Positions 7,625 to 17,764 of a DNA stretch of 64,000 bases are shown piece after piece (the stretch's first letter is position 1; every line of letters starts with the position of its first letter). The stretch is from an uncultured Gammaproteobacteria bacterium (GTDB lineage: Bacteria > Pseudomonadota > Gammaproteobacteria > PS1 > Pseudothioglobaceae). A program made the translations under genes and the position numbers. Below the pieces are notes generated by a model that was given only the letters and a program-made list of their open reading frames with translations, was not told where the DNA came from and did not search any database. The stretch is from the NCBI GenBank assembly GCA_913054335.1, contig CAJXHL010000001.1, positions 22,502 through 86,501 of the forward strand, given 5' to 3'.

Positions 7625-10282
7625 ATGACAAATAGGGATAAGGACATTGACCCCCAAGAAACCATCGAATGGCTAGATGCTTTTCGATCAGTTGCACGCT
7701 TTGAAGGTGAAGATAGAGCCAAATTTATTCTGAACCAATTAATGGACATGGCTCACAGCGAGGGTATGGACTTACCCGAAGGTGTAAACACAGCTTATCT
7801 CAATTCCATTCCTGTCGAAAAAGAAACCGAGCTCGTGGTTAAGCACGAAATTGAGCACCGAATTAAGTCGATTATTAGGTGGAATGCGATGATTATGGTG
7901 GTTAAAGCCAATCAAGTTTCATCGGAATTGGGTGGTCATATTGCATCATTTGCATCCAGTGCGACACTGTATGAGGTGGGCTTTAATCATTTTTATCGTG
8001 GTAACGATGCTGATCAAGGTGCTGATTTAATATTTTTTCAAGGCCATATCGCTCCAGGAATATATTCGCGCGCTTTTTTAGAAGGGCGAATTACCGAAAA
8101 GCAAATGCTTAATTTTCGCCAAGAGGCAAATCATCCAGGATTGTCTTCTTACCCCCACCCTTGGTTAATGCCTGACTTTTGGGAGTTTCCGACTGTATCG
8201 ATGGGTCTTGGCCCCATTATGGCTATTTATCAAGCGCGTTTTATGAAGTACCTTCATCACCGTGAGATTATTAAAACCGACAAACGCACTGTCTGGACTT
8301 ATATCGGTGATGGCGAAACAGACGAGCCCGAATCTTTAGGCGCTATTTCGCTGGCCGGTAGAGAAAAACTAGACAATCTTATTTTTGTTATTAATTGTAA
8401 TCTTCAACGCTTGGATGGTCCAGTTCGAGGCAACGGCAAAATCATTCAGGAGCTGGAAGCAATGTTCCGTGGTGCGGGTTGGAACGTCATTAAGGTTATT
8501 TGGGGCAGGGACTGGGATGCGTTGTTAGCCAAGGATACCTCTGGTTTGTTAAAAAAACGCATGGAAGAGGTTGTTGATGGTCAATATCAGGCCTATAAAG
8601 CCAAAGACGGCGCTTACGTGCGCAGTCACTTTTTTGGTGCGTATCCAGAATTATTAAAATTAGTTGAACACCTAAGTGATGATGAAATATTTGCCCTCAC
8701 GCGTGGCGGCCATGATCCAAATAAAATGTATCAAGCTTATAAAAGAGCGAAAGAGCATGTTGGTCAACCTACGGTTATTTTAGCTAAAACCGTTAAAGGG
8801 TACGGCATGGGTGAGGCTGGTGAGGGAAAAAACACCACTCACTCTCAAAAGAAGCTTGGTGTTGAGGCATTAACCCGCTTTGCGAAACGGTTTAACATTC
8901 CTGTCACCGAAGAAGATGCAAAACAATTAAATTTTTACAAACCCGCTGAAGACAGTGAAGAGATCACTTATCTCAAAGAGAGGCGAAAAGCTTTGGGTGG
9001 ATTTTTGCCGCTTAGAAGCTTTGAATTGGAAAAACTAAAAACGCCAGATATTAGCGTCTTTGATGTTCTGCTTAAATCCTCTGGCGAAAAAGAACTATCA
9101 AGCACTAAGGCATTTGTGCGCTTCTTAACCCTGCTTGTTCGTGATAAACAATTAGGGCCTAGAGTTGTACCGATTGTGCCGGATGAGGCGAGAACTTTTG
9201 GCATGGAAGGCTTGTTTAGGCAGATGGGTATTTATTCTTCTTCTGGGCAATTATACGAACCTGAGGACGCCGAAACAGTCATGTGGTATAAGGAAGACAT
9301 CAAAGGCCAAGTTTTGCAAGAAGGTATTAATGAGGCGGGTGCGATTTCGGATTGGATTGCCGCCGCAACTTCGTATGCGTCGCACAATGTCACTATGATT
9401 CCTTTTTATATTTATTACTCTAAGTTTGGGTTTCAGCGGGTTGGTGACTTAGCGTGGGCTGCTGGAGATATGCAAGCAAAGGGCTTTTTAATGGGTGGCA
9501 CTGCAGGGCGTACAACGCTTGCTGGTGAGGGGCTTCAACATCAAGACGGCGATTCTTTAATTATTTCCAACACCATTCCAAATTGTATTTCTTACGATCC
9601 AACCTATGCTTACGAATTAGCGGTTATTCTTTGTGATGGTATGAGTCGGATGTACGAAAAAATGGAAAATATTTTCTACTACATTACCTTAATGAACGAA
9701 GCTTACCCCCACCCTGAAATGCCAAAAGGTGTTGAGCAGGGCATTATTAAGGGTATTTATCCATTAAAAGTTGTTGGCAAGGGCAGTATTGAGGTTCAAT
9801 TATTGGGCAGTGGGGCGATTCTCAGAGAAGTGGAAAAAGCTGCAGAAATCCTCGATAAAAATTGGGGGGTTAAATCGTCCATTTGGAGTGTAACCAGCTT
9901 TAATGAATTAACACGTGAAGCGCAAAAAGTGGATAGAGATAATCGATTTAATATCGATGGAAACCTACAGGTTCCTTATGTAACTAAGTGCTTAGAAGGG
10001 ACAAAAGGGCCAGTAATTGCAGCAACAGACTACATCCGTAATTACGCTGAGCAAATTCGTAAATTTGTGCCAGCACGTTATGAAGTTTTGGGTACTGATG
10101 GCTTTGGTCGTTCGGATACAAGAAGTGAATTAAGAATCTTTTTTGAAGTGAATGCCAACTATATTGCTTTTGCAACTCTAAGGGCTTTGGTTGATGAAGG
10201 TTCTCTAGATACTAAAATATTGGCTGATGCTATAAAACAATTGGACATCGATACAAACAAGCCAAATCCAATGTATGTTTAG
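7625..10282 (+). CDS. aceE: Pyruvate dehydrogenase E1 component, homodimeric type
   Basis: DIDPQETIEWLD N-terminus, FPTVSMGLGP, GDGETDEPES, TLAGEGLQH. Confidence 0.97.
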   Translation: MTNRDKDIDPQETIEWLDAFRSVARFEGEDRAKFILNQLMDMAHSEGMDLPEGVNTAYLNSIPVEKETELVVKHEIEHRIKSIIRWNAMIMVVKANQVSSELGGHIASFASSATLYEVGFNHFYRGNDADQGADLIFFQGHIAPGIYSRAFLEGRITEKQMLNFRQEANHPGLSSYPHPWLMPDFWEFPTVSMGLGPIMAIYQARFMKYLHHREIIKTDKRTVWTYIGDGETDEPESLGAISLAGREKLDNLIFVINCNLQRLDGPVRGNGKIIQELEAMFRGAGWNVIKVIWGRDWDALLAKDTSGLLKKRMEEVVDGQYQAYKAKDGAYVRSHFFGAYPELLKLVEHLSDDEIFALTRGGHDPNKMYQAYKRAKEHVGQPTVILAKTVKGYGMGEAGEGKNTTHSQKKLGVEALTRFAKRFNIPVTEEDAKQLNFYKPAEDSEEITYLKERRKALGGFLPLRSFELEKLKTPDISVFDVLLKSSGEKELSSTKAFVRFLTLLVRDKQLGPRVVPIVPDEARTFGMEGLFRQMGIYSSSGQLYEPEDAETVMWYKEDIKGQVLQEGINEAGAISDWIAAATSYASHNVTMIPFYIYYSKFGFQRVGDLAWAAGDMQAKGFLMGGTAGRTTLAGEGLQHQDGDSLIISNTIPNCISYDPTYAYELAVILCDGMSRMYEKMENIFYYITLMNEAYPHPEMPKGVEQGIIKGIYPLKVVGKGSIEVQLLGSGAILREVEKAAEILDKNWGVKSSIWSVTSFNELTREAQKVDRDNRFNIDGNLQVPYVTKCLEGTKGPVIAATDYIRNYAEQIRKFVPARYEVLGTDGFGRSDTRSELRIFFEVNANYIAFATLRALVDEGSLDTKILADAIKQLDIDTNKPNPMYV

Positions 10283-10291
10283 GAAAGCAGC

Positions 10292-10672
10292 ATGAATACA
10301 CAGCAATATTTAGAGCAACTTAAGTCGGGCGAAGAAATGAAATTTTTAGACTTTACTGACTTAATTGACAACGAGTACACATTTCTGCCCACTGCCTTTA
10401 TGAATGCCGATTTAGCGAATAAAGATGACGAAAATCAAGGTTCTGCCAAGGTGTTTTGTTTTGGATTAATGCATTCTCTTTCAGAAAGAGAGGTTGTTAA
10501 GTGTTTTGGAGAGCATTACCAGTCTGTGTTAGATTCCCCCCAAGATCCAAGCTCACATTTGAATATTCGAAGTTTTATGAATAGTGGATGGGGAGGGGTT
10601 ACAATTGATTTTTCTGCCTTAACTATTAAAGAAAACATCAATGACACAAGCAGTTTCCGTAGAAGAAAGTAA
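10292..10672 (+). CDS. HopJ-like family protein
   Basis: N...ENQGSAKVF, FGEHYQSVL..P....HLNIRSFM..GW pattern. Confidence 0.75.
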   Translation: MNTQQYLEQLKSGEEMKFLDFTDLIDNEYTFLPTAFMNADLANKDDENQGSAKVFCFGLMHSLSEREVVKCFGEHYQSVLDSPQDPSSHLNIRSFMNSGWGGVTIDFSALTIKENINDTSSFRRRK

Positions 10673-11816
10673 AGCATTTAATAGAGGTATTTATACTACT
10701 TTTCTTAGTGCATTTCTTGTTCTTTTTCAGATTGGAATATACTTTGTCTACATCCCATGGAACGCTGAAAGGCTTCAAATAACTGAATCAGAAATTGGTA
10801 TTGGGTTATTAGTTTTTGGTATTTCAAATCTAATTGGAAATCAAACCTCAGGGCGATTGATTGTTCCAAGGATAGGCACAAAAAATTCTATTGCTATAGG
10901 CATTCTAGGAGTAGCTTATTGCCCTTTATTTCTAATATTATCACCAAGTTATCTCTGGTTTTTATTGGTTTATATACCTTTTGGATTTTTTGTTGGATTT
11001 TTTGCTCCTTCTGCTCAATCTCAAATATCAATGATTGAAAGTAAAACCTCTGCAATACTTACTCCTCTCTATCATGCTGCATTTAGTGTTGGCTCTTTGG
11101 TTGGGGCTTTTTCCGCATTTTTTACGATTAAATACATAGATAATCCACCTTTAATATTTTTAATTACAGGCACGATGTTAATTTTGGGCTCATTAACAAT
11201 ATATATATTTGGACTCTCAAAATCATTTGAAGCTCTTGAAAAAACTCTTAAATTTAAATTACCAAAAAACTCAATACTAATTTTTGGTCTTTTAATGATG
11301 ATGAACTATGCGACTATGGGCATAATTCTTGATTGGTCTGCACTCTGGTTAACAAAAGATTTATTGATACCTTTGTATTTAGGTGGAACTATTATTATTG
11401 CTTTCAATATTGGTGAAATTACGGCAAGATTAATTGCTTCAAAGATGATAAAAAAGACAAGTGAAAAATTTATTGGAGGCTATTTAAGTATCCTTGCTGG
11501 AATAGTTCTTTTCTTCTCAATATTAACGACAAATTTCTATGTAATCGTTTTTGGAATACTTTTATTTGGCTTTGGAACAGCAAACTTTGTAGCAATTATA
11601 TACAGACAAGCTATCAAAATAACAGACGAACCAATAGCTTTAACTGTTGCAAATCTTGTGACTTTAGGGTTTGCTGGCTTTATTTTTGGACCAGCTCTAG
11701 TTGGGTATTTGGCTGAGTATTTAGGTTTGACTTTTAATATGTACCTTTTGTGTATAGTATGGGGTCTTAATGGAGTCGCTCTTTTAATAATGATGAAACG
11801 AATAAAGCAAGCTTAA
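10641..11816 (+). CDS. MFS transporter (visibly more AT-rich than neighbouring genes)
   Basis: About 12 hydrophobic segments, 391 aa. Confidence 0.85.
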   Translation: MTQAVSVEESKAFNRGIYTTFLSAFLVLFQIGIYFVYIPWNAERLQITESEIGIGLLVFGISNLIGNQTSGRLIVPRIGTKNSIAIGILGVAYCPLFLILSPSYLWFLLVYIPFGFFVGFFAPSAQSQISMIESKTSAILTPLYHAAFSVGSLVGAFSAFFTIKYIDNPPLIFLITGTMLILGSLTIYIFGLSKSFEALEKTLKFKLPKNSILIFGLLMMMNYATMGIILDWSALWLTKDLLIPLYLGGTIIIAFNIGEITARLIASKMIKKTSEKFIGGYLSILAGIVLFFSILTTNFYVIVFGILLFGFGTANFVAIIYRQAIKITDEPIALTVANLVTLGFAGFIFGPALVGYLAEYLGLTFNMYLLCIVWGLNGVALLIMMKRIKQA

Positions 11817-11872
11817 TTTTTAAAGCTTAAAAAATTAATACATCTTAAGATTTAGTGGCTCATGTACAAAAT

Positions 11873-11901
11873 CCCTAGGGTGAAAATCTTCTCTCTCAAA
11901 A
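11873..11901 (+). repeat. Degenerate remnant of the MITE-like repeat core
   Basis: CCCTAGGGTGAAAATCT (11873-11889) is a 17-bp exact match to the core hairpin of copy 3 read on the minus strand. Confidence 0.5.
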
Positions 11902-12142
11902 CAATTTAAACCTCTTTTTTCATTCTCTTCTAGATATCCTTCGTGATCAGGTCTTTGCTCAAGCCACAAACAGATTGCCTCATCAGGTCAATCATCATAG
12001 ATGCCTGTTGCATACGAAGAGTTAAAGATGCATAAAGGAAAAAATAAAATTAATAAATTAAGAAAAGATTTCATGACATTAATCTCGATATTTGGAGGTA
12101 ATTTAAATATTGGCCTAATTAAGAAAGATTTTCAATTTTTAT

Positions 12143-12346
12143 TTAGTAGTGAGGAGGGTTGTCATCAATGATTTGGGATTGATTAGATTCAGATTGATTG
12201 ATTAGCTTTTCATTTGTTTCTTTAATCTGATTATTAAGTTTTTCGATTGTTTCACCTTGACGAAAAACAACCATATTAAGTTCGTCTAACATATGCTGTA
12301 GATGGGCTATTTTTTCTTCTAGGTTTATTAGTTGTTCTTCGGACAT
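12143..12346 (-). CDS. slyX: SlyX family protein
   Basis: LEEKIAHLQHMLDELN..V..Q and C-terminal PPHY. Confidence 0.9.
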   Translation of the reverse strand: MSEEQLINLEEKIAHLQHMLDELNMVVFRQGETIEKLNNQIKETNEKLINQSESNQSQIIDDNPPHY

Positions 12347-12384
12347 AGGTATAAAAAGCCACCTTGCGGTGGCTTTAATTTGTT

Positions 12385-14478
12385 TTACTTGTCGATCAAT
12401 GCTTTAAGTGAAAGTTTGATTCTACCACGATCGAGGCCAAGGACTTTAACCTCGATTTCTTGACCTTCTTTAAGGTAGTCTTCAACCTTTTCAACGCGTT
12501 CGTGAGCGATTTCAGAGATGTGAAGTAAGCCGTCTTGGTTTGGCATGATGGTTACAAACGCGCCAAACTCAACGATCTTAGCAACTTTACCCAAGTAAAC
12601 CTTGTTTATTTCAGGTACTGCTGTAACGTCTTTAACCATTTGTACAGCTTTCTCAAAACTCTCGTCATCGTTAGCAAAAACATTAACGTTTCCGTCGTCA
12701 TCAACATCGATACTTGCGCCAGACTGGGAAATAATACCTCGGATTGTCTCACCACCTTTACCGATTAGATCGCGAATCTTATCCGTTGGAATCTTGATTA
12801 CTTTGGTTTTAGGTGCATTCTTTGATGCTGCATTAGGTTCAGAAATTACCTGATTCATTTGACCAAGAATGTCAAGTCTTGCAACTTTGGCTTGCTTCAA
12901 AGCAATTTCCATAATGTCTTTAGTGATGCCTTGGATTTTAATGTCCATTTGCAGGGCATTAATACCACGTGACGTACCAGCAACTTTAAAGTCCATATCG
13001 CCAAGGTGGTCTTCATCGCCCAAGATGTCTGTCAAAACTGTGAAACGATCTTCGTCTTTAACAAGACCCATCGCAATACCAGCAACCGGTGCTTTAATTG
13101 GCACACCTGCATCCATTAATGCAAGTGATGAACCGCAAACACTTGCCATCGAGCTTGAGCCGTTTGATTCAGTAATTTCAGAAACCACACGAATTGTGTA
13201 TGGATACTCTTCGATGCTTGGTAGGCAGGCAGCAATACCACGGCGCGCAAGACGACCATGGCCGACTTCACGACGCTTAACGCCCATTACGCGACCTGTT
13301 TCACCAACACAGTATGGAGGGAAATTGTAATGAAGCATGAAGTGATCTTCAATCCGATCGTTTGTTTCAAGTTTTTCAATAAGTTGTGCATCACGCTTAG
13401 AGCCTAATGTTGTTACAACCAAAGCCTGCGTTTCACCGCGAGTGAATAATGCAGAGCCGTGTGTGTTGTTAAGCACACCTGTTTCAATTGCAAGCTCACG
13501 AACAGTGTCACTGTCACGACCGTCAATACGTGGCTCACCAGCAAGGATGCGCTCACGAACCGTTGATTTTTCAATTTTCTTAATGTAGTCTTTAACTTCA
13601 TCTGCACTAGGTGCATCTTCTTCATCAGTGCTAAGCGTTGCAACAGCGGCTTCTTTAACCTCGGTCATCATGGCTTGACGTTCCATTTTGTCAACGGTTG
13701 TGTAGGCTTGTGCAATTTTTTCGCCAAACTGAGATTGAATCGCAGAAAGTAGCGTTTCGTTTGTTGCAGGAGCAACCCATTCACGTGGCGAGACACCGAC
13801 CTCGAGAGCGAATTCAGCAACACTGTCAATAACCACCTGGAATTGCTCGTGGGCAAACATAACTGCGCCAAGCATAATTTCTTCAGAAAGCTCACTGGCT
13901 TCTGACTCAACCATTAATACAGCGTCTTTTGTACCAGCAACAACCATGTCAAGATCAGAAGTTTCTAGATCCGAGTAAGTTGGGTTGATGATGTAGTTGC
14001 CGTCTTGGTAACCAACACGTGCAGCACCAATTGGACCGCTGAACGGTACACCAGAAATAGCCAATGCAGCCGATGTGCCCAGCATTGCTAGAACATCTGG
14101 ATCAACATTCTTGTTTGCAGAAATCACCTGAATCATAACCTGAACTTCGTTCATGTAGCCGTTAGGGAATAGTGGGCGAATAGGGCGGTCAATCAGGCGA
14201 GAAGTTAGAGTTTCTTTCTCACTTGGTCGGCCTTCACGCTTTAAAAAACCACCTGGGATTTTTCCTGCAGCGTAAGTCTTTTCGATGTAGTCAACAGAAA
14301 GAGGGAAGAAGCTTTGTCCTGCTCTGGCCTCTTTGGCGCCAACGACACTTACTAATACCTGTGTGTCGTCCATGCTGGCAAATACTGCACCGTGTGCTTG
14401 ACGTGCAATTCTGCCTGTTTCGAATGTAATTGTGCTGTTGCCAAATGCAAAGCTTTTTCGAACAATGTTCATGTCCAT
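12385..14478 (-). CDS. pnp: Polyribonucleotide nucleotidyltransferase (PNPase)
   Basis: [42 protein letters not shown] and S1 domains. Confidence 0.98.
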   Translation of the reverse strand: MDMNIVRKSFAFGNSTITFETGRIARQAHGAVFASMDDTQVLVSVVGAKEARAGQSFFPLSVDYIEKTYAAGKIPGGFLKREGRPSEKETLTSRLIDRPIRPLFPNGYMNEVQVMIQVISANKNVDPDVLAMLGTSAALAISGVPFSGPIGAARVGYQDGNYIINPTYSDLETSDLDMVVAGTKDAVLMVESEASELSEEIMLGAVMFAHEQFQVVIDSVAEFALEVGVSPREWVAPATNETLLSAIQSQFGEKIAQAYTTVDKMERQAMMTEVKEAAVATLSTDEEDAPSADEVKDYIKKIEKSTVRERILAGEPRIDGRDSDTVRELAIETGVLNNTHGSALFTRGETQALVVTTLGSKRDAQLIEKLETNDRIEDHFMLHYNFPPYCVGETGRVMGVKRREVGHGRLARRGIAACLPSIEEYPYTIRVVSEITESNGSSSMASVCGSSLALMDAGVPIKAPVAGIAMGLVKDEDRFTVLTDILGDEDHLGDMDFKVAGTSRGINALQMDIKIQGITKDIMEIALKQAKVARLDILGQMNQVISEPNAASKNAPKTKVIKIPTDKIRDLIGKGGETIRGIISQSGASIDVDDDGNVNVFANDDESFEKAVQMVKDVTAVPEINKVYLGKVAKIVEFGAFVTIMPNQDGLLHISEIAHERVEKVEDYLKEGQEIEVKVLGLDRGRIKLSLKALIDK

Positions 14479-14528
14479 ATTGAGTCTCCAATAATTAAAT
14501 AAAATGTCTTATGGATTACGCAATAAGC

Positions 14529-14567
14529 TTTATCTCAAACGCACCCGACGGATGCATTTGAGATAAA
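14529..14567 (-). promoter_or_regulatory. Long stem-loop in the pnp 5' leader (candidate RNase III processing stem)
   Basis: TTTATCTCAAACGCACCCG-A-CGGATGCATTTGAGATAAA; both mismatches become G-U pairs only on the pnp mRNA strand. Confidence 0.6.
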
Positions 14568-15001
14568 ACTTACCTAAACACATAAAACCCTGTGGATTAT
14601 CCCCTAAATCATATCTATATATATGTTAATTAACGCTCTGCGTGTTACTATTGCTGAACTGCTTGTGTTTAGTTTCGACTAACTTCAACGGTGCAAGTGA
14701 GCAGGGGCTCGCAAGCTTTCCAGCTGTCTGATTTTGAAGCTTGTAATATTACTTTATGCGTTAAATCGAATAGCAGGACAAGTCGGCTATTTTGAAAATG
14801 ATTTTATATACTTATTTAAGTTGGCAGTTAACACTAATTAACTAATGACAATCAAGTACACTAAGGCGATATATGCGCTAATGTAAGGCTGCAAATGTTT
14901 TGTTGAGGTATTGTTTTCGTAGCCCATGGCTAGAGGTTGATACAATTGTCAGCATTTATTCAGCTTTACTGGCTTTACTTTTTTTTGGTAACTTAATACT
15001 T

Positions 15002-15988
15002 ATGTCAGTTATATCTTTTCCTCCATCAAGATTTAGCCCGTCTGAAGCGCACCAAATAGCAAAAACTTTATATGGTTTTGAAGTCTCAGTTAAAGTCTTG
15101 GATAGTGAGCGAGATCAGAATTTTTATTTGAAACGTGAAGATGGCAAGGAATTTGTATTAAAGATTTCAAATCCGGCGGAGGATGTTGAACTCATTAAGT
15201 TACAGGTCGCTAGTTTGAAGCATATTGCCAACTTTGATTCCTCCATACAAGTACCAAGCACGATCCAGACTGTAGGTGGTGAATTTATTAGTCGGCATAA
15301 TGGCTGTTTTATTCGCCTACAATCTTTTTTAGCAGGACACTTTATAAAGGACATTGAGAATCCTGAGTCTTTCTTATTGGAAGAATTTGGCGCATTTCTG
15401 GGTAAGTTGGACGTTGCTTTTCGAGAGTTTGATTATCCGGATTTAAAGCGTAAATGGATATGGGATGTTAGAAATATTGACTTTTTGAAAAGTCATTTAG
15501 ACTATATTGAGAGTGAGTCTGATAAAGCTGTAGTGCGTCATTTTATTGCAAATTATCAGTTAAACATTGTGCCGAATGAAAAATATTTACGCACCCAGTA
15601 TATTCATAATGATGGCAATGATTACAATGTACTTCTAAATGACAATGGCCACATATCTGGCGTTATTGATTTTGGTGATATGGCGCATACTTTTTTAGCA
15701 AGCGAATTAGCGGTAGCCATCACTTATCTTATTCTAGAAGAAGCAGAGCCTGAGACGAAGATCAAGTCGGTTGTGCAGGGATTTCAATCAGTTTATCCAT
15801 TAAGAGACGAAGAAATTGAGTCACTCATTCATCTTGTTTGTGTACGCGCGTGTTTTAGCGTGGTAACAGCGAACTACCGAAAAAAACTATTTCCTGAAAA
15901 CAAGTATATTTCTGTTACTGAGCCATACGCATGGACATTTCTGAAAAATTTTGCTGACAAAGAATTAAGTAATTTTAAAATATATTAA
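15002..15988 (+). CDS. Aminoglycoside-phosphotransferase-like kinase (hydroxylysine kinase-like); ATG at 15002 preferred over the TTG at 14900
   Basis: LDSERDQNF, FVLKIS, IHNDGNDYNVL, GVIDFGD. Confidence 0.82.
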   Translation: MSVISFPPSRFSPSEAHQIAKTLYGFEVSVKVLDSERDQNFYLKREDGKEFVLKISNPAEDVELIKLQVASLKHIANFDSSIQVPSTIQTVGGEFISRHNGCFIRLQSFLAGHFIKDIENPESFLLEEFGAFLGKLDVAFREFDYPDLKRKWIWDVRNIDFLKSHLDYIESESDKAVVRHFIANYQLNIVPNEKYLRTQYIHNDGNDYNVLLNDNGHISGVIDFGDMAHTFLASELAVAITYLILEEAEPETKIKSVVQGFQSVYPLRDEEIESLIHLVCVRACFSVVTANYRKKLFPENKYISVTEPYAWTFLKNFADKELSNFKIY

Positions 15989-15991
15989 AAA

Positions 15992-17272
15992 GTGAAATCC
16001 AAAAAAAATACATTGGAGTTGAGAAAAAAACACCTGGGTCCGTCACTCTCTCTGGCTTATTCAGAGCCACTAAAAATACTCAGGGGGAAAGGGCAATATT
16101 TGTATGATGAAAAAGGCAAGGAGTATTTAGATTGTGTTAATAATATCAGTCATGTTGGGCATTGCCATCCTGCTGTTATCCAGGCGGCTCACGAGCAGAA
16201 TCAACTATTAAATACTAACACTCGCTACCTGCATGATAATATTGTTGAGTTGGCTGAGAAGCTTTGCAGAAAATTACCCAAACCCTTGTCCATTTGTCAT
16301 TTTGTAAATTCGGGTAGTGAGGCGAACGAGCTGGCTTTAAGAATGGCCAGAGCATATACGGGCAATGATAGCACAATTGTCCTAGATCACGCCTACCACG
16401 GAAACACCGACTCTCTAATCAATATCAGTCCTTATAAATTTAATGGTAAGGGTGGGCAGGGAAAGTCAAAACATGTTGAAGTTGTTCCGATGCCAGACTT
16501 ATTCAGGGGTGAATTTAATAACCCAAAAACGGCGGGGAAACAATATGCCCAAGCGGTTCAGGAGGCAGTTAATAAGCACGGTGGGGGTTCAACCTTTATG
16601 GCTGAATCGATGTTAGGTTGTGGTGGACAAATCCCGTTACCAAATGATTTTTTAGCGGAGTCGTATAAATGGATAAGGGCGTCCTCTGGAGTTTGTATCA
16701 GTGATGAGGTTCAGGTGGGTTTGGGCAGAGTGGGCTCTGCCTATTGGGGGTTTGAGACACAAGAAGTCATCCCGGACATCGTCACAATTGGCAAACCGCT
16801 GGGTAACGGCCACCCTATAGCAGCTGTTGTGACCACAGCTGAAATAGCAAGCTTCTTTAATAATGGCATGGAGTATTTCAATTCTTTTGGTGGCAACCCA
16901 GTTTCTTGTGCAATTGGACTCTCTGTTCTCAATGTAATCGAACAGGAGGGGTTGCAGCAGAATGCCCTAAATGTAGGAAATTATTTGTTCTCAGAGTTGT
17001 GTTTATTAAAAGATAAATTTTCATTGATTGGCGATGTTCGAGGCGCTGGATTATTTATTGGAATCGAATTGGTTGAAGACAGAAAAACCTTGAAACCGGC
17101 AACAGAAAAGGCAAAGTTGATTACTGATAAAATGAAAGAACTTGGCATACTTCTCAGTACTGATGGGCCACATAATAATGTTATTAAAATTAAACCTCCT
17201 TTGGTCTTTACCCAGGACAATGCAAAGTTGTTGGTGGATTCATTGTCAAAGTTATTAGCTCGCCTGTTTTAG
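15992..17272 (+). CDS. Class III PLP aminotransferase / phosphohydroxylysine or phosphoethanolamine phospho-lyase-like
   Basis: [51 protein letters not shown]. Confidence 0.88.
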   Translation: MKSKKNTLELRKKHLGPSLSLAYSEPLKILRGKGQYLYDEKGKEYLDCVNNISHVGHCHPAVIQAAHEQNQLLNTNTRYLHDNIVELAEKLCRKLPKPLSICHFVNSGSEANELALRMARAYTGNDSTIVLDHAYHGNTDSLINISPYKFNGKGGQGKSKHVEVVPMPDLFRGEFNNPKTAGKQYAQAVQEAVNKHGGGSTFMAESMLGCGGQIPLPNDFLAESYKWIRASSGVCISDEVQVGLGRVGSAYWGFETQEVIPDIVTIGKPLGNGHPIAAVVTTAEIASFFNNGMEYFNSFGGNPVSCAIGLSVLNVIEQEGLQQNALNVGNYLFSELCLLKDKFSLIGDVRGAGLFIGIELVEDRKTLKPATEKAKLITDKMKELGILLSTDGPHNNVIKIKPPLVFTQDNAKLLVDSLSKLLARLF

Positions 17273-17320
17273 TTAAAGAGTCTTATTGTGTTTTGTGCTT
17301 TAACCAACGTCAGAAGGTGC

Positions 17321-17419
17321 CTAAATTTTTGATTTTATTACTGATAACAGGCGATCAATATCGGCTTCGTCGTTATATATATGGGGTGAGATGCGCAACC
17401 CCAAACTTCTGCAGTCGAG
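17321..17419 (-). pseudogene. C-terminal fragment of a class V aminotransferase/kynureninase-like enzyme
   Basis: Manual translation LDCRSLGLRISPHIYNDEADIDRLLSVIKSKI*; RISPH.YN...DID.L is the class V C-terminal signature. Not in the ORF track. Confidence 0.7.
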
Positions 17420-17741
17420 TGTGATTAGTGGTTATTCAGACCAAGTTAATCCCCAAGCTGTAGGCCTCAATGCCTTGGTGTATGTTTTTGTTCGATTGAC
17501 TGAAAACTCTAATGACAATGCCGATGTTTTTGAAAAGGCGATGGCAAACTTAGCGCAAGTTATTGAATGCAGCGTTATCACCGGTGCACACGATTATTTG
17601 TTAAAAATTATTGCCACCGACTTGCTCGGCTACGAAAGCTTTGTGAAAAAATCTTTGGGTAGTTTGAAGTGCATTGCAAGTGTCGAATCGACAGTTGTAT
17701 TGAAACAAACATTTTCAAAAAGCACTTTTCCTATTAAATAA
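17391..17741 (+). pseudogene. Lrp/AsnC regulator lacking the N-terminal HTH
   Basis: Begins at VISGY..VNP..VGL; the effector domain (ITGAHDYLLKI) is intact, the HTH is absent. Confidence 0.75.
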
Positions 17742-17764
17742 GAGGTGTATTTTTTGTTTAGCAG

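Noticed and set aside
12050-12135. AATTAAGAAA(A)GATTT direct repeat near slyX
   Set aside because: Low complexity in very AT-rich DNA; two copies only.
14665-14700. tRNA T-arm-like AGTTTCGACT
   Set aside because: No acceptor stem, D-arm or anticodon arm in cloverleaf spacing; kept only as part of an unexplained structured segment.
14900-15001. Upstream extensions in the ORF track (also 3045, 31561, 34991, 39003, 44954, 55159)
   Set aside because: Family homology begins at downstream ATGs; the extensions overlap neighbours, the SRP RNA or promoter DNA.
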